Assembly (NCBI GenBank): GCA_963796685.1
Contig: CAWCMR010000025.1
Coordinates: forward strand, 1,984,001-2,048,000
Source of the DNA: an uncultured delta proteobacterium
GTDB lineage: Bacteria; Myxococcota_A; Polyangia; Fen-1088
Direction of reading: 5' to 3'
DNA length: 64,000 nucleotides
Shown here: positions 30,813-40,381 of the stretch, in pieces
Layout: the number at the start of each line of letters is the position of its first letter
How positions within the stretch are numbered: position 1 is the stretch's first letter
The notes under the pieces: generated by a model
What the model was told of the DNA's origin: nothing
Databases searched by the model: none
What the model saw: only the letters and a program-made list of their open reading frames with translations
Program-made: the position numbers and the translations under genes

Positions 30813-32036
30813 ATGATTGAAGCCAGACACGTCATACGGGTATGCAGCGGCAGCAGGTGGCTCATTGCGGTCGCGGCTTGCATTCTATTATTCGGTGATG
30901 CCTGCCGGGAGTCGGGCAGCGGAGCTGGGGTCCGGGATGGAGGAAAGCAGGACGCATTCGCGAATATGAGCACAAGTGATGTTACTACAAGCGACTTGAA
31001 TGGAAACGACGCGGGTACATCTGGAAACGTGGGAGGCTCCGAGGTAGGCTCGGTGATCGGTGGGGACACTGCCGAGGGCAGAGAGGCGAGCGCCGAGGTC
31101 GACGCACGGTTTCAGGTGGATGTGGGCAGCGGCGCATCAGCGGACGCGCTGGATTCTTCTTCATGGTCGCCAGCCTGTTCGGCATATGCGAAAGCGGCAT
31201 GCACGCTGATAGCCTGTATCCCGAGCGGCTTGCACGTGCTATTCGGCAGCGAGCAGAACTGCGAGAATCGATACGGAGGTGCCGCCTGCGAAGCACAGAT
31301 GACGAGCGTGGGAAGCCATGTCACACAAAGCAGCCTCGCAGCCTGTGCCCAGGCACTGGCAACGGAGAGCTGCGCGGAAGCCAGGACGGAGTTCCCGGCA
31401 GAGTGTTCATGGCAAGGCGATCGAGCGAACAATTCCCCGTGTACCTACGCCCAGCAATGCGAATCAGGGGTGTGCGTGCCGGCCACCGGTACGTTCTGTG
31501 GCACGTGCCAAGCAAAGCTACCCGTTGGCGCATCCTGCCCGTCTACCGCGCATGCGTGCCAGAACGGCCTGGTGTGCACGGATAGCGTTTCATCTGGTGG
31601 CGACTGGTTCTGCACGGAGCCGGGGTCAGAGGGGGATGCGTGCGTATCACCGGCACAGTGCGCTTGGGGGCTAACCTGTTTTGGCGCACGCTGTGTCCGC
31701 GTGAGGAGCCAGGGAGATGCCTGCACTAACACAGTCGAATGCGATCAGGGGCAGGATCTGACGTGCAGTCCGAACGTCAGCGGAATCGCGAGCAGTTGCA
31801 TCCCTCGGACGTACGCCGATGCCGGCGAAAGTTGCGGTACGACGGCAGCGATGGAGTGCCTGGATAACGCGAGCTGCGTCGACAAGACCGGCAGCCCGGC
31901 GGTTACCGGGGTTTGCAGCGCGTCTGCCGCGAACGGGGAATCCTGTGAAATCGGCACTACTAATTGTCAGTATCCAGCCCTTTGCATAGGTGGAAAGTGC
32001 AAAACCGCGGCAGACATGGCCTCATCATGCGATTGA
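30813..32036 (+). CDS. Cys-rich secreted protein/lipoprotein (EB/Dickkopf-like repeats)
   Basis: GGAG RBS, hydrophobic signal ending GDAC, repeated GxxC...C...LxC units. Confidence 0.75.
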   Translation: MIEARHVIRVCSGSRWLIAVAACILLFGDACRESGSGAGVRDGGKQDAFANMSTSDVTTSDLNGNDAGTSGNVGGSEVGSVIGGDTAEGREASAEVDARFQVDVGSGASADALDSSSWSPACSAYAKAACTLIACIPSGLHVLFGSEQNCENRYGGAACEAQMTSVGSHVTQSSLAACAQALATESCAEARTEFPAECSWQGDRANNSPCTYAQQCESGVCVPATGTFCGTCQAKLPVGASCPSTAHACQNGLVCTDSVSSGGDWFCTEPGSEGDACVSPAQCAWGLTCFGARCVRVRSQGDACTNTVECDQGQDLTCSPNVSGIASSCIPRTYADAGESCGTTAAMECLDNASCVDKTGSPAVTGVCSASAANGESCEIGTTNCQYPALCIGGKCKTAADMASSCD

Positions 32037-33580
32037 CTCCCAAGAGAGATTTCAGGATTCGCGCGGATCGCAGCTGGTCGCACGCGTGGAGTATTGCTTG
32101 GGTGGGGACTTTGACGGTCCTTTTCGGCGCGGCCTCGTGCAGTCACGGCTCGCGAGTTTCAACCAAGCAGGATGCCTCAAGCATCGAAGCTGAGGCCTCG
32201 ACGGAGACTGGAGCCGATTTGTCGCCAGACAGCGAAGTGGAAATCGGGCAAGACCGCACCATCGAATTCTCTTCGGACGGCGGCCAGCCATCGTTGGTCG
32301 ATGGCGCTGTCGAGCTCACTGCAGACAGCGGCGGCAGCCAGCTCCTTCCAGATGGTGGCGGATCAGCTACCCAGACTGACTCGGTCGATGGTGGCGGACC
32401 AGTCACGGGCGCAATTCTCTCCACATGGGGGGGACATGGCTTCCCGGGGCGCCAGGTGATCATCGGAAATCAGAGCACTGTGACCGATAGCGTTGGAGGA
32501 TTCTCCTTCGAACAGGTGGCTGAAACCTACGACGTCGTCATGGTTGAGCCGGGCGGATGGGACGTCTCTGTCTACTATGGATTGACGAAGCGAGATCCGA
32601 TTCTGTCAGATAGCGGGAACGGTGGTTCTAGCCTGGATACCCTGATGCAATCCGTCTCGATCACTGGGACACTGACCGCGGATTTTCCGTTCCCGGTCGA
32701 CTCGTCGCATCTTGTCACGCTGTACTATCTCGCTGATCGCGGACACGGAGCTGTGCAGGTCGGGAATGGTCTTGCCAGTGCTGGCCCGGGCTACGGTCCG
32801 ATTTGGGTGGGATGGAATGGAGACACCTCGATCACCGGAAGCCTGGTGGCTGTTGGGCAATACGGATTGGCGGGCGCGCCCTGGACGACGGCCTTTCTGG
32901 CAAGCAAGCCGCTTTCGCTTGCCAGCGGCGACGCGCCCACCGTGGATCTCGCTCTGGCTGAAGTTTCAACCGGGCAGATCGGCGGCACCGTTCAAATGTA
33001 CAACGGCAACGCAGTAGAAGGAGTCGACTTCACCTATCGTCTCACGGGCATGATGGGTGCCATCGAGCTTGGTCGATGCAGTACGACGGGCAAATACAGT
33101 TGCGGGATTCCCGATCTGAGCGCGCTAGGTGGTGACTACTGCGTGTCTATCGTCGATGTTCTGGGGTTTGCCCAAGCGAAAAGGTGTGGCGGCGCGATCG
33201 GCCTGAGCGATTTCTCAGTCCAGGTTCAGGCTCCGCCGGAATTCCAGAAGCCGGCAGACGGTTCGCCCATTACCAAGGACTCAAAGTTGTCATGGACGGG
33301 CATCTCGAATGGCGTCTATATGCTTGACCTGAGCCCTGACAGCCCCTCGGTCGCCTCACCCCACATCCAGGTCTACACGACTGCGACCCAACTTCTCTGG
33401 CCGGACCTTCATGCGATCGGGGTAGAGTTTCCGGCAGGCGCGACCTATACCTGCCAGGTTTCCGGGCTCTCGCCATATGCGTCGATAGACGACCTGGCGT
33501 CATCGCGAGGGTTGTTCAACGATCAGATGGATCGTCAATGGCTAGATTCCACCACGATAGACCTCTCCCTGGTTCAATAG
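32027..33580 (+). CDS. Beta-sandwich-rich lipoprotein of unknown function
   Basis: Lipobox GAASC; TVTDSVGGFSFEQV..YDV resembles carboxypeptidase-regulatory/Ig-like folds; overlaps the previous stop. Confidence 0.7.
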   Translation: MRLTPKRDFRIRADRSWSHAWSIAWVGTLTVLFGAASCSHGSRVSTKQDASSIEAEASTETGADLSPDSEVEIGQDRTIEFSSDGGQPSLVDGAVELTADSGGSQLLPDGGGSATQTDSVDGGGPVTGAILSTWGGHGFPGRQVIIGNQSTVTDSVGGFSFEQVAETYDVVMVEPGGWDVSVYYGLTKRDPILSDSGNGGSSLDTLMQSVSITGTLTADFPFPVDSSHLVTLYYLADRGHGAVQVGNGLASAGPGYGPIWVGWNGDTSITGSLVAVGQYGLAGAPWTTAFLASKPLSLASGDAPTVDLALAEVSTGQIGGTVQMYNGNAVEGVDFTYRLTGMMGAIELGRCSTTGKYSCGIPDLSALGGDYCVSIVDVLGFAQAKRCGGAIGLSDFSVQVQAPPEFQKPADGSPITKDSKLSWTGISNGVYMLDLSPDSPSVASPHIQVYTTATQLLWPDLHAIGVEFPAGATYTCQVSGLSPYASIDDLASSRGLFNDQMDRQWLDSTTIDLSLVQ

Positions 33581-33594
33581 GGCCAGAAACCGTC

Positions 33595-34071
33595 ATGCTG
33601 TTTCGCCGCTCTAGACATTGCCAGGTTGGGCTCCTTGGCTGTCTCGCAGTAGTGGCAGCCATGGCCGGCGCTGGATGCAAGCCGACGGGAAACTCGCAGC
33701 AGACCCACACCGGGACCGTCGAGCCTCAGCGGGATGCAGTGGTCGCGCCCAGGGCGCCCGCCGTGAAGGCCGCATCAACTCCGACGAACGAGAAGACAAG
33801 CGACAAGACCCGCAAGTGCGAAGAAATCTGCCGGATAGCAGTCCCGCTCCATTGCACTCACCAAGACGAATGTGTGCAGGGATGCGAGTCCATGGCCTCG
33901 GCGCCTATGTGCAAGGCCGAGCTCAATCGAATGTATGACTGTTTGCTTCGGCAGCCGGTCGAGAGCTGGGAGTGCGATGAAAACGGGGTCGGTGCCATCC
34001 GTGACCCGTTCTGTGGCAAGGAGCAAGCTGCAGTGGTGAATTGTGTAGGGGGCAACCTCGATAGGATGTGA
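33595..34071 (+). CDS. Small Cys-rich lipoprotein
   Basis: Lipobox GAGC; 10 Cys in the C-terminal ~90 aa. Confidence 0.7.
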   Translation: MLFRRSRHCQVGLLGCLAVVAAMAGAGCKPTGNSQQTHTGTVEPQRDAVVAPRAPAVKAASTPTNEKTSDKTRKCEEICRIAVPLHCTHQDECVQGCESMASAPMCKAELNRMYDCLLRQPVESWECDENGVGAIRDPFCGKEQAAVVNCVGGNLDRM

Positions 34072-34183
34072 CGGTCCGCGCAGAGGAGGGCCAGAGGGTG
34101 GTGGCCGCTGCCGACAGGACTCGGGGGCCTTCCCGCCACTCCCCCCCTCGCGCTTTGCGCTCGTGACCTGACAGCATGATAAG

Positions 34184-35011
34184 CTACCGCCCAGCACCGA
34201 AATGGCATGCCCGGTCACCCTCTCGGAGTAGCGGAGTAGCAGCGCCGCCGCTTGGCGCGTAGTCGCGACGCGCGTGGTACTTGGCCATGCCCATCGCCAG
34301 ATCGCGCTCGACGGCCAGGTCTTGGGGCAGGGAAGCGGGCAAGCGCGCAAGCTCGTCGAGGGCCTCCTGGAAGTGGTGGCCCTTGGACAGCGTGGCTGCC
34401 CGCTGCAGACGCTCGCTCGGCGATGGCTCGCTGGCCACCGGTCTGTCCACGGTGGTCGGCGCCAGCAGTGCGGCGCGCCTGCCGGCCTCGTCGCCGAGCG
34501 GGTGCGCGGGAAAATCCACGTGAACCTGCATGAAGGCACGCGCCGCCGCGTCCGTCGCCGATCTGGCGTCCTTGGCGTACGGTGCCGCCTCGGCTTGTGC
34601 CTCCGCCATGCGAAAACGCGCCACCGCCTGATCGAACGCAGGTTTGCCGCCGAGGAGCTTGCGATAGGCAACGGCCGCCTCCTCGTGCTTGCCCTCCATC
34701 CACAGGCAATCGGCGACCCGTGCCGGCGCCGCTGCGGCGAAACGCGAATCGCGCTGCTTGCCCAGCTCCGAAAAGGCCGCACGAGCCTTGGCGTAGGCGC
34801 CGGCATAGAACTGACTTTCGCCCAGAAAATAGAGGTAGTAGTCCTTGTTCTTGGGCAGGGCATCGCCGAGCCCGGGTAGGGCGCGCGCGGATTCCTCGTA
34901 ATCACCAGCCCGGAACGCGGACAGAGCCTTCCCGAAGTCGCCGGCCTCCGTGCGCGTCTTGGTCGTGGCGGAAGCGGCAAGCACGAGTACTGCGAAGACG
35001 GCGGGCGACAT
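34184..35011 (-). pseudogene. Truncated 5' duplicate of slt
   Basis: First ~255 aa nearly identical to 8849-10954; 1-nt insertion near 34256; homology ends at QAAALLL; no SLT catalytic domain. Confidence 0.9.
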
Positions 35012-35034
35012 GGCCGGTAACTATAGCGCAGCCG
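34234..35034 (+). repeat. Right copy of ~800-bp direct repeat
   Basis: Near-identical to 10178-10977, with mismatches clustered toward the ends. Confidence 0.93.
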
Positions 35035-35074
35035 GGAGCCGCCCAGGCCGACGGCACTCGAGATACCGAGCCCA

Positions 35075-36517
35075 TCAGCCCGCGAGCGGGCCGGGCGTCG
35101 TCCGGATGGCGACCATCTGGATATTGGTCATCTCCTCGATGGCGTAGCGCACGCCTTCGCAACCGATTCCACTTTGACGGTTTCCACCGTAGGGCATGTG
35201 GTCGGCCCTGAAGATCGGGGCGTCGTTGATGATCACGCCGCCGAAGTCGAGACGTGCGATGGCGCGAAAGACCCGGTCGATGTCGCGCGTGAACACGCTC
35301 GCTTGCAGTCCGTAGGCGGTCGCATTGGCCTGGGCGAGCGCCGATTCGAAATCGTCGCTGGCCAGCAGGGAGGCCACGGGCGCGAACGCCTCCTCCGCAA
35401 CGACCTTCATCGCGTCGTCGACCTGGGCAAGGACCGTGGGCCAATAGACGGCGCCCACGCGTTTGGCCCCGGTCAGCACGTGCGCGCCCGCACCCCGGGC
35501 CTCTTCGACCCAGTGCTCGATGCGCGCGGCCTCGCCTTCGTCGATCATGGGCCCCACGTCCACGCCCTCGTCGAGCGGATCGCCTACCACCATGGCCTGG
35601 CTGGCCTTGACAAAGCGATCGCGGAACGGCTCGTAGACCTGGCGCTGGCAGTAGATGCGCTGGACCGAAAGGCACACCTGGCCCGAGTTGTAATAGGCGC
35701 CCACGGCACAGCGCCTGGCGGCGAAGTCGAGATCGGCATCGGGGGCGACGATCACGGGCGAGGTGTTCCCGAGCTCGAGGGTGATCTTCTTGATGCCGGC
35801 CAACTCGGTGATGCGCCGGCCCACCGCCGGACTGCCGGTGAACGTGACCTTGGCGACGCGCGGATCGGCGACCAGCCATTCCCCCACCGTGCTCCCGCTG
35901 CCCACGACCAGGTTCAGCGCGCCCGCCGGCAGGCCGGCCTGGGCCAGCACTTCGCACAGCTTCACCGCGGTGATCGGCGTCGACGAGGCGGGCTTGAGCA
36001 CGACGGCATTGCCTGCCGCCAGGGCCGGCGCCACCTTGTGCGCCACCAGGTTGAGGGGAAAGTTGAAAGGCGCGATAGCCGCCACCACGCCGACCGGTCG
36101 CCGGATGAAGAAGCCGAAGTAGCCCTCGCCGGAGGGCACCGCGTCCAGGGGGACGGTCTTGCCCGCCACGCGTTTGGCCTCCTCGGACGCGATCGAGAAG
36201 GTCTGGGCTCCGCGATCGACCTCGGCCCGAGCGTATTTCAAGGCCTTGCCCGCCTCGGCGGCGATGGTGCGTGCGAAGTCTTCACGCCGCTCGAGGATCG
36301 CTGCCGAGGCCCGCGCCAAGATCTCCGCCCGATGGAAGGCGGGCAGCGCGGCCATGATGCGAGCTGCCCGCTGCGCGGCATCCACTGCGGCGTCCACCTC
36401 CTGGCGGCGCGCGGTCGAGACCGTGGCCAGAAGGTCGCCCGAGTACTTGTTGCGCACCTCCAGCGGGGCACCCCCAGGTGCCGATCGACCATCGATGAAC
36501 AGCGGGTACTCGGGCAT
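35075..36517 (-). CDS. NAD(P)-dependent aldehyde dehydrogenase
   Basis: PFNFPLNL, LKPAS, FTGS, LELGN, GQVC, EEAFAP; GGAGGAG RBS before ATG 36517. Confidence 0.93.
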   Translation of the reverse strand: MPEYPLFIDGRSAPGGAPLEVRNKYSGDLLATVSTARRQEVDAAVDAAQRAARIMAALPAFHRAEILARASAAILERREDFARTIAAEAGKALKYARAEVDRGAQTFSIASEEAKRVAGKTVPLDAVPSGEGYFGFFIRRPVGVVAAIAPFNFPLNLVAHKVAPALAAGNAVVLKPASSTPITAVKLCEVLAQAGLPAGALNLVVGSGSTVGEWLVADPRVAKVTFTGSPAVGRRITELAGIKKITLELGNTSPVIVAPDADLDFAARRCAVGAYYNSGQVCLSVQRIYCQRQVYEPFRDRFVKASQAMVVGDPLDEGVDVGPMIDEGEAARIEHWVEEARGAGAHVLTGAKRVGAVYWPTVLAQVDDAMKVVAEEAFAPVASLLASDDFESALAQANATAYGLQASVFTRDIDRVFRAIARLDFGGVIINDAPIFRADHMPYGGNRQSGIGCEGVRYAIEEMTNIQMVAIRTTPGPLAG

Positions 36518-36647
36518 GGCTCCTCCTGCGTGACTCGTTAAGCGTAGCAGCCCGGGCCCGGCTGACGGGAGAGCTACCCGTGGAGCGCGCGGGCAAATCG
36601 TCCGTGCTGGATAACTAGACATCGGTCTGCTATAGCGGACACATACC

Positions 36648-37391
36648 ATGACGAACGATCTGCGAATCGATTGCGCGAAAGCCCACGAGAGGCTCGGACC
36701 GCTTGCCGCCGAGGAGCGGATCCAGTGGGCCGCCGAGACATTTTCCGACGATCTCGTGCTGCTCTCCAGCATGCAGAGGACAGCGGTGGTGTTGATGCAC
36801 ATGGCCCACGCCCTCCGTCTACCAAACGAGATCCTCTTCCTCGATACCGGTTACCACTTTAACGAGACGCTGCAGATGCGCGACGAGTACATGCGGCGCT
36901 ACCACATGAACATCGTGACCCTGTATCCCGAGCTGACGATCGAAGAGCAGGAAGCCAAGCATGGCAAGAAGTTGTACACGTGCGCGGACGGTCAGCCCGA
37001 GTGTTGCCGCTTGCGCAAGGAGATCCCGTTGCTGCGCCACCTGGCGACGAAGAAATGCCCGGTGACGGTCAACGGATTGCGCCGCGCCGAGGGGGGCAAG
37101 CGGGCGGACATCCTGGCCATCAGCCCGGATCCGCGTACGGGCGGCTACGGATTTTCGCCCATCTTCGATTGGACGTCCGAGGACGTGCAGGCCTACATCG
37201 ACAAGCACGCGCTGCCGGTCCATCCCTTGTATGCGAAATGCTATGCCAGCATCGGATGCTCTCCCTGCACCACGCCGATCGCGCAGGGGGAAAACCCTCG
37301 CGCGGGCCGCTGGCGGCACCTGCGGCCGCCCGAGGCCGAGGAGGCGCCCAAGTACTGCGGGGTCAATTTCTCCGACGGCAGCGGCATCTAG
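36648..37391 (+). CDS. cysH: APS/PAPS reductase (4Fe-4S APS-type motif)
   Basis: FLDTGYHFNET, ECCRLRK, GLRRAEG, SIGCSPCT, RAGRW. Confidence 0.88.
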   Translation: MTNDLRIDCAKAHERLGPLAAEERIQWAAETFSDDLVLLSSMQRTAVVLMHMAHALRLPNEILFLDTGYHFNETLQMRDEYMRRYHMNIVTLYPELTIEEQEAKHGKKLYTCADGQPECCRLRKEIPLLRHLATKKCPVTVNGLRRAEGGKRADILAISPDPRTGGYGFSPIFDWTSEDVQAYIDKHALPVHPLYAKCYASIGCSPCTTPIAQGENPRAGRWRHLRPPEAEEAPKYCGVNFSDGSGI

Positions 37392-37553
37392 GAGGCTGGT
37401 GCTAAATGGCGGACCGAGCTCTGGCGGAGCGAGGAGCCCCGGTTGCGAGGCGCGACGAGGGCGAATACTGGACGTATTTAACCGACGAGCAACGAAGCGG
37501 GCGGGACCCGCAGCCCGCCAAGCGACGGGAGCCGTTTGACACTAGCTTCCTAG
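37388..37553. mobile_element. MITE/REP-like 166-bp hairpin element bounded by CTAG
   Basis: CTAGGAGGCTGGTGCTAAATGGC ... GCCGTTTGACACTAGCTTCCTAG imperfect terminal inverted repeats. Confidence 0.6.
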
Positions 37554-37572
37554 AGCCGGTCGCGCCGAGCCC

Positions 37573-39045
37573 TCAGACCTTTGCTGAGCCGTCGAAGCGA
37601 ATCGCCACCAAGGAAACGTCGTCGTTGGGGCGGGCGCACCAGGCCTGAAGCTTCGTCCACACCCGGTCGCACAACTCATCCGTCGAGCCTTCGCCCCACG
37701 TGGCGATCTCGCTACGCAGTCGTTCGATGCCGAACATGTCGCCCGTCTTGTTTCTCGATTCGATGAGACCGTCGGTGAACGCGACCAACAGATCTCCGGG
37801 ATCGAGGTGGATCTGCAAGTCGACCGTGGTCGCCTTGATATCGGGTATTGCGCCCAGCCATGCACCCTGCGTCGAAATGGTCTCGCAGGTTCCTGTTCGC
37901 GCCCTGCGGATGAGCAGCTCCTCGTGACTGCCAGCAAATACGACACGCCCATCTTCGAACACGCGGAGAAGCACGAACGTCACGTGGTCGTCGCTCTCAA
38001 GGCGCTCGCGAATGTTCTTGTACATCACGCTGTTCAGCAGCGTCACAAGCTCGCTCGGCTTGGCGCCTGGTCGAGCCGCCGTCAGCGTCGCCACCGCACT
38101 CTGGAGCATGAAGGTGATAAGACCGGCCTCCAGGCCGTGTCCCGACACATCGCCAACTCCAATCCAAGCCCCGTCGGCAACCGGAAGTACATCGTAATAG
38201 TCGCCACCGACCTCTTCAGCCGGCACCATGCGCGCCGAGATGGTGATGGACGGGGCCGTGGTCGATTTCGGCAAGATCGACGTCTGGATCCGCCGAGGCA
38301 GATCGCGCAGCTCTCGGTTCCTGCTGGCCAACTCCTGGGTGCGCTCGCGAACGCGTTGCTCGAGGGTCTCGTTGGCGGCGAGCAGCTGCCCGGCCGCTTC
38401 CTGCAAAGCCTGGTCCCGCTGCTCCAGGGTCGAATTGACCTGCCGAAGCCTTTTCTTGTCCAGCTCTAGCTCAGCCACCAGGAGCGCATTCGCCAACAAG
38501 GACTCCACATGTTGGGCGGCATTGTTGAAATGTGCCGCGTCGCTTTCCAGAAACGGCGACTGAAAGGCGGCCTTGGCGTGGTCGAAGCCTGCCGCCATCA
38601 AGATGGGTGGACGCCCGGCGCACGCGATTCGACTCCACATGAATTGATGCAGACCAAGCGTCTCGGCCAAGGCCGCCACGCCGGAAGGAGTCGAAGCTCC
38701 CTTGGGATCGTTACACAAGCCCCAAGGCTGAGCCTCCAGCAACGAGCGCGCCTCGATGGGCAGTCGACAGTCCGGGCCGGTGGGCGCGAGGGCGTACAAG
38801 GCTTCCGTGCGAACTTCCAGCAGCAGTACCCGCTGTAGCCGCAACTTGGCGACGAGGGTTTTTCGGATGTGGCTCCACACCTTCTCTGGCGAAGCGCCTC
38901 CATTCAGGAACAGGTCGGGCAGCGCTTGTCCGAAGACCAACCATGCCGCAACCTGATCGAGCTTCAGGCGCAGCTCGAACAGCTCTCGCTCGCGCTGTAG
39001 CAAGAGCCTGGCCTTTTCTCTCAGAAGGTGCTCCTCGGCTACCAC
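37573..39045 (-). CDS. SpoIIE/PP2C-type Ser/Thr phosphatase with N-terminal sensor-like region and coiled coil
   Basis: VGGDYYD, VGDVSGHG, FTDGLIE, DDVSLV. Confidence 0.9.
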   Translation of the reverse strand: MVAEEHLLREKARLLLQRERELFELRLKLDQVAAWLVFGQALPDLFLNGGASPEKVWSHIRKTLVAKLRLQRVLLLEVRTEALYALAPTGPDCRLPIEARSLLEAQPWGLCNDPKGASTPSGVAALAETLGLHQFMWSRIACAGRPPILMAAGFDHAKAAFQSPFLESDAAHFNNAAQHVESLLANALLVAELELDKKRLRQVNSTLEQRDQALQEAAGQLLAANETLEQRVRERTQELASRNRELRDLPRRIQTSILPKSTTAPSITISARMVPAEEVGGDYYDVLPVADGAWIGVGDVSGHGLEAGLITFMLQSAVATLTAARPGAKPSELVTLLNSVMYKNIRERLESDDHVTFVLLRVFEDGRVVFAGSHEELLIRRARTGTCETISTQGAWLGAIPDIKATTVDLQIHLDPGDLLVAFTDGLIESRNKTGDMFGIERLRSEIATWGEGSTDELCDRVWTKLQAWCARPNDDVSLVAIRFDGSAKV

Positions 39046-39097
39046 GAAACTAGGAGCCTAGCAGAGGAACCGGTTTGTAGTAAGGCTTGGCAAACGC

Positions 39098-40294
39098 TCA
39101 CCGCTCTTCGTCGGCCAAGACGAGCAGCGGGTAGCTGTAGTTGTGAAAAGCCGGCCTGCCCGCGCAGGGGCCGATCTCGCCCCAAGCCATCATGCCCAGC
39201 CATGCTGCCTCGGGTGCCACGGCGGCGCGCAAGCCCTTGTGTTCCTTGCACGTGTTCGCTTCACCCAGAAACGGAAAAGTTCGGGCTGCGCACTCGAAGC
39301 CAAGCACGGCCCAGGGGCGGCGCCGTTCCAGGCGGGCCGCCAGATCGCTGGCCATGATCTCCGTACCGCCCAGGACCTTCTCGATGGTCCTGTGATGCAA
39401 CATCACTCGCGTTCCCTCAGGCACCGCGGCCTGGAGGATGATGGCGCCGGTCTGCGGGTCGAATCCAAATGCGCCGCGGATCAGGCGCTCCACTTGACCT
39501 CCGGGCCCCTTCCTCTCCACACCGAGAGCCCAGGTCGCAAAGTGGCTTTGGTGCACCAAATCTTCGCCCCGGCAACCCGTGGTTTCGCGCCAAACGTCAC
39601 CGGCCGGGCGGCCATCCATCTCCAGCACCTGATTGCCAGCGGCCTTGGTGACTACGCTGACGATTCCACTTGGGGCCGTGCCGTGGCAGAGATCCATTTC
39701 CAGCGCGAAAGGGCCGGACAACGCCATGCCTACGACCCCGTGAGAAAGAACCTCCCTGTCCCAGTACTGGAATGTTTCGCGCGGAGGTCCCCAGGGCTGG
39801 CCAGCGGCCCCGCCCACGAGTGGGCACTCAACCTCATGCTGCAATCCTTCGAGGATCGCTTCGACATCGGCTCCGCACAAGGGATCGTAGAGCAGCACCA
39901 CGACCTTGGGCGCGCTGCCGAGGTTGTGCCTGAGCGCTTGTCCGAGCCGGCGCCCCTTTTCCTTGGAGCCATTCTGGATCTCTCGCTCGACCGCCGCGGC
40001 ACAGACGAGATCGCTACCGCCGAAGCCCATGACCCCCAGCGCGAAGCCATCCTCGGTCAGGTGATCATTGGACACCAACCCCTGAACAGAGCAGCCCAAC
40101 AACGGAATGTCCTTGCCGAGCACGTCGCGCAGACCCGCCAGCACCGCCGGCTGGTCATGGTTCATGGTGGCGTAGACGAGCACCACTTTCGGCACCTCGG
40201 CGCCGAACTGCGCAAGAAGTTCCCTGCCGGCACTTCGAGCTGCATCCAGCGATTCCGGCTCATCAGAAAAGACACTCCGCGCTAGCTTCCCCAT
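39098..40294 (-). CDS. FIST N/C-domain protein (NosP-like sensor)
   Basis: PLLGCS, PLVGGAAG, VTKAAGNQVLEMDGRPA, FECAAR, WGEIGP..FHNYS. Confidence 0.85.
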   Translation of the reverse strand: MGKLARSVFSDEPESLDAARSAGRELLAQFGAEVPKVVLVYATMNHDQPAVLAGLRDVLGKDIPLLGCSVQGLVSNDHLTEDGFALGVMGFGGSDLVCAAAVEREIQNGSKEKGRRLGQALRHNLGSAPKVVVLLYDPLCGADVEAILEGLQHEVECPLVGGAAGQPWGPPRETFQYWDREVLSHGVVGMALSGPFALEMDLCHGTAPSGIVSVVTKAAGNQVLEMDGRPAGDVWRETTGCRGEDLVHQSHFATWALGVERKGPGGQVERLIRGAFGFDPQTGAIILQAAVPEGTRVMLHHRTIEKVLGGTEIMASDLAARLERRRPWAVLGFECAARTFPFLGEANTCKEHKGLRAAVAPEAAWLGMMAWGEIGPCAGRPAFHNYSYPLLVLADEER

Positions 40295-40381
40295 CTTGAC
40301 CTCCTGCCGGTGGATTCATCGGGCAGATCTCAGGACCCGTCAAGTGAGGAACGGCGGCGATAGGGAGAACCTTTAGCCGCT

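Larger units (their letters stand above)
10978..34233. mobile_element. Genomic island of secreted/lipoprotein cargo flanked by the slt duplication
   Basis: Bounded by ~800-bp direct repeats; contains four IS copies; visibly more A/T at third codon positions from 18 to 33 kb; no integrase seen. Confidence 0.75.

Noticed and set aside
10978-34233. Island as a prophage, ICE or defence island
   Set aside because: No integrase, tRNA att site, phage structural, conjugation or recognisable defence genes seen
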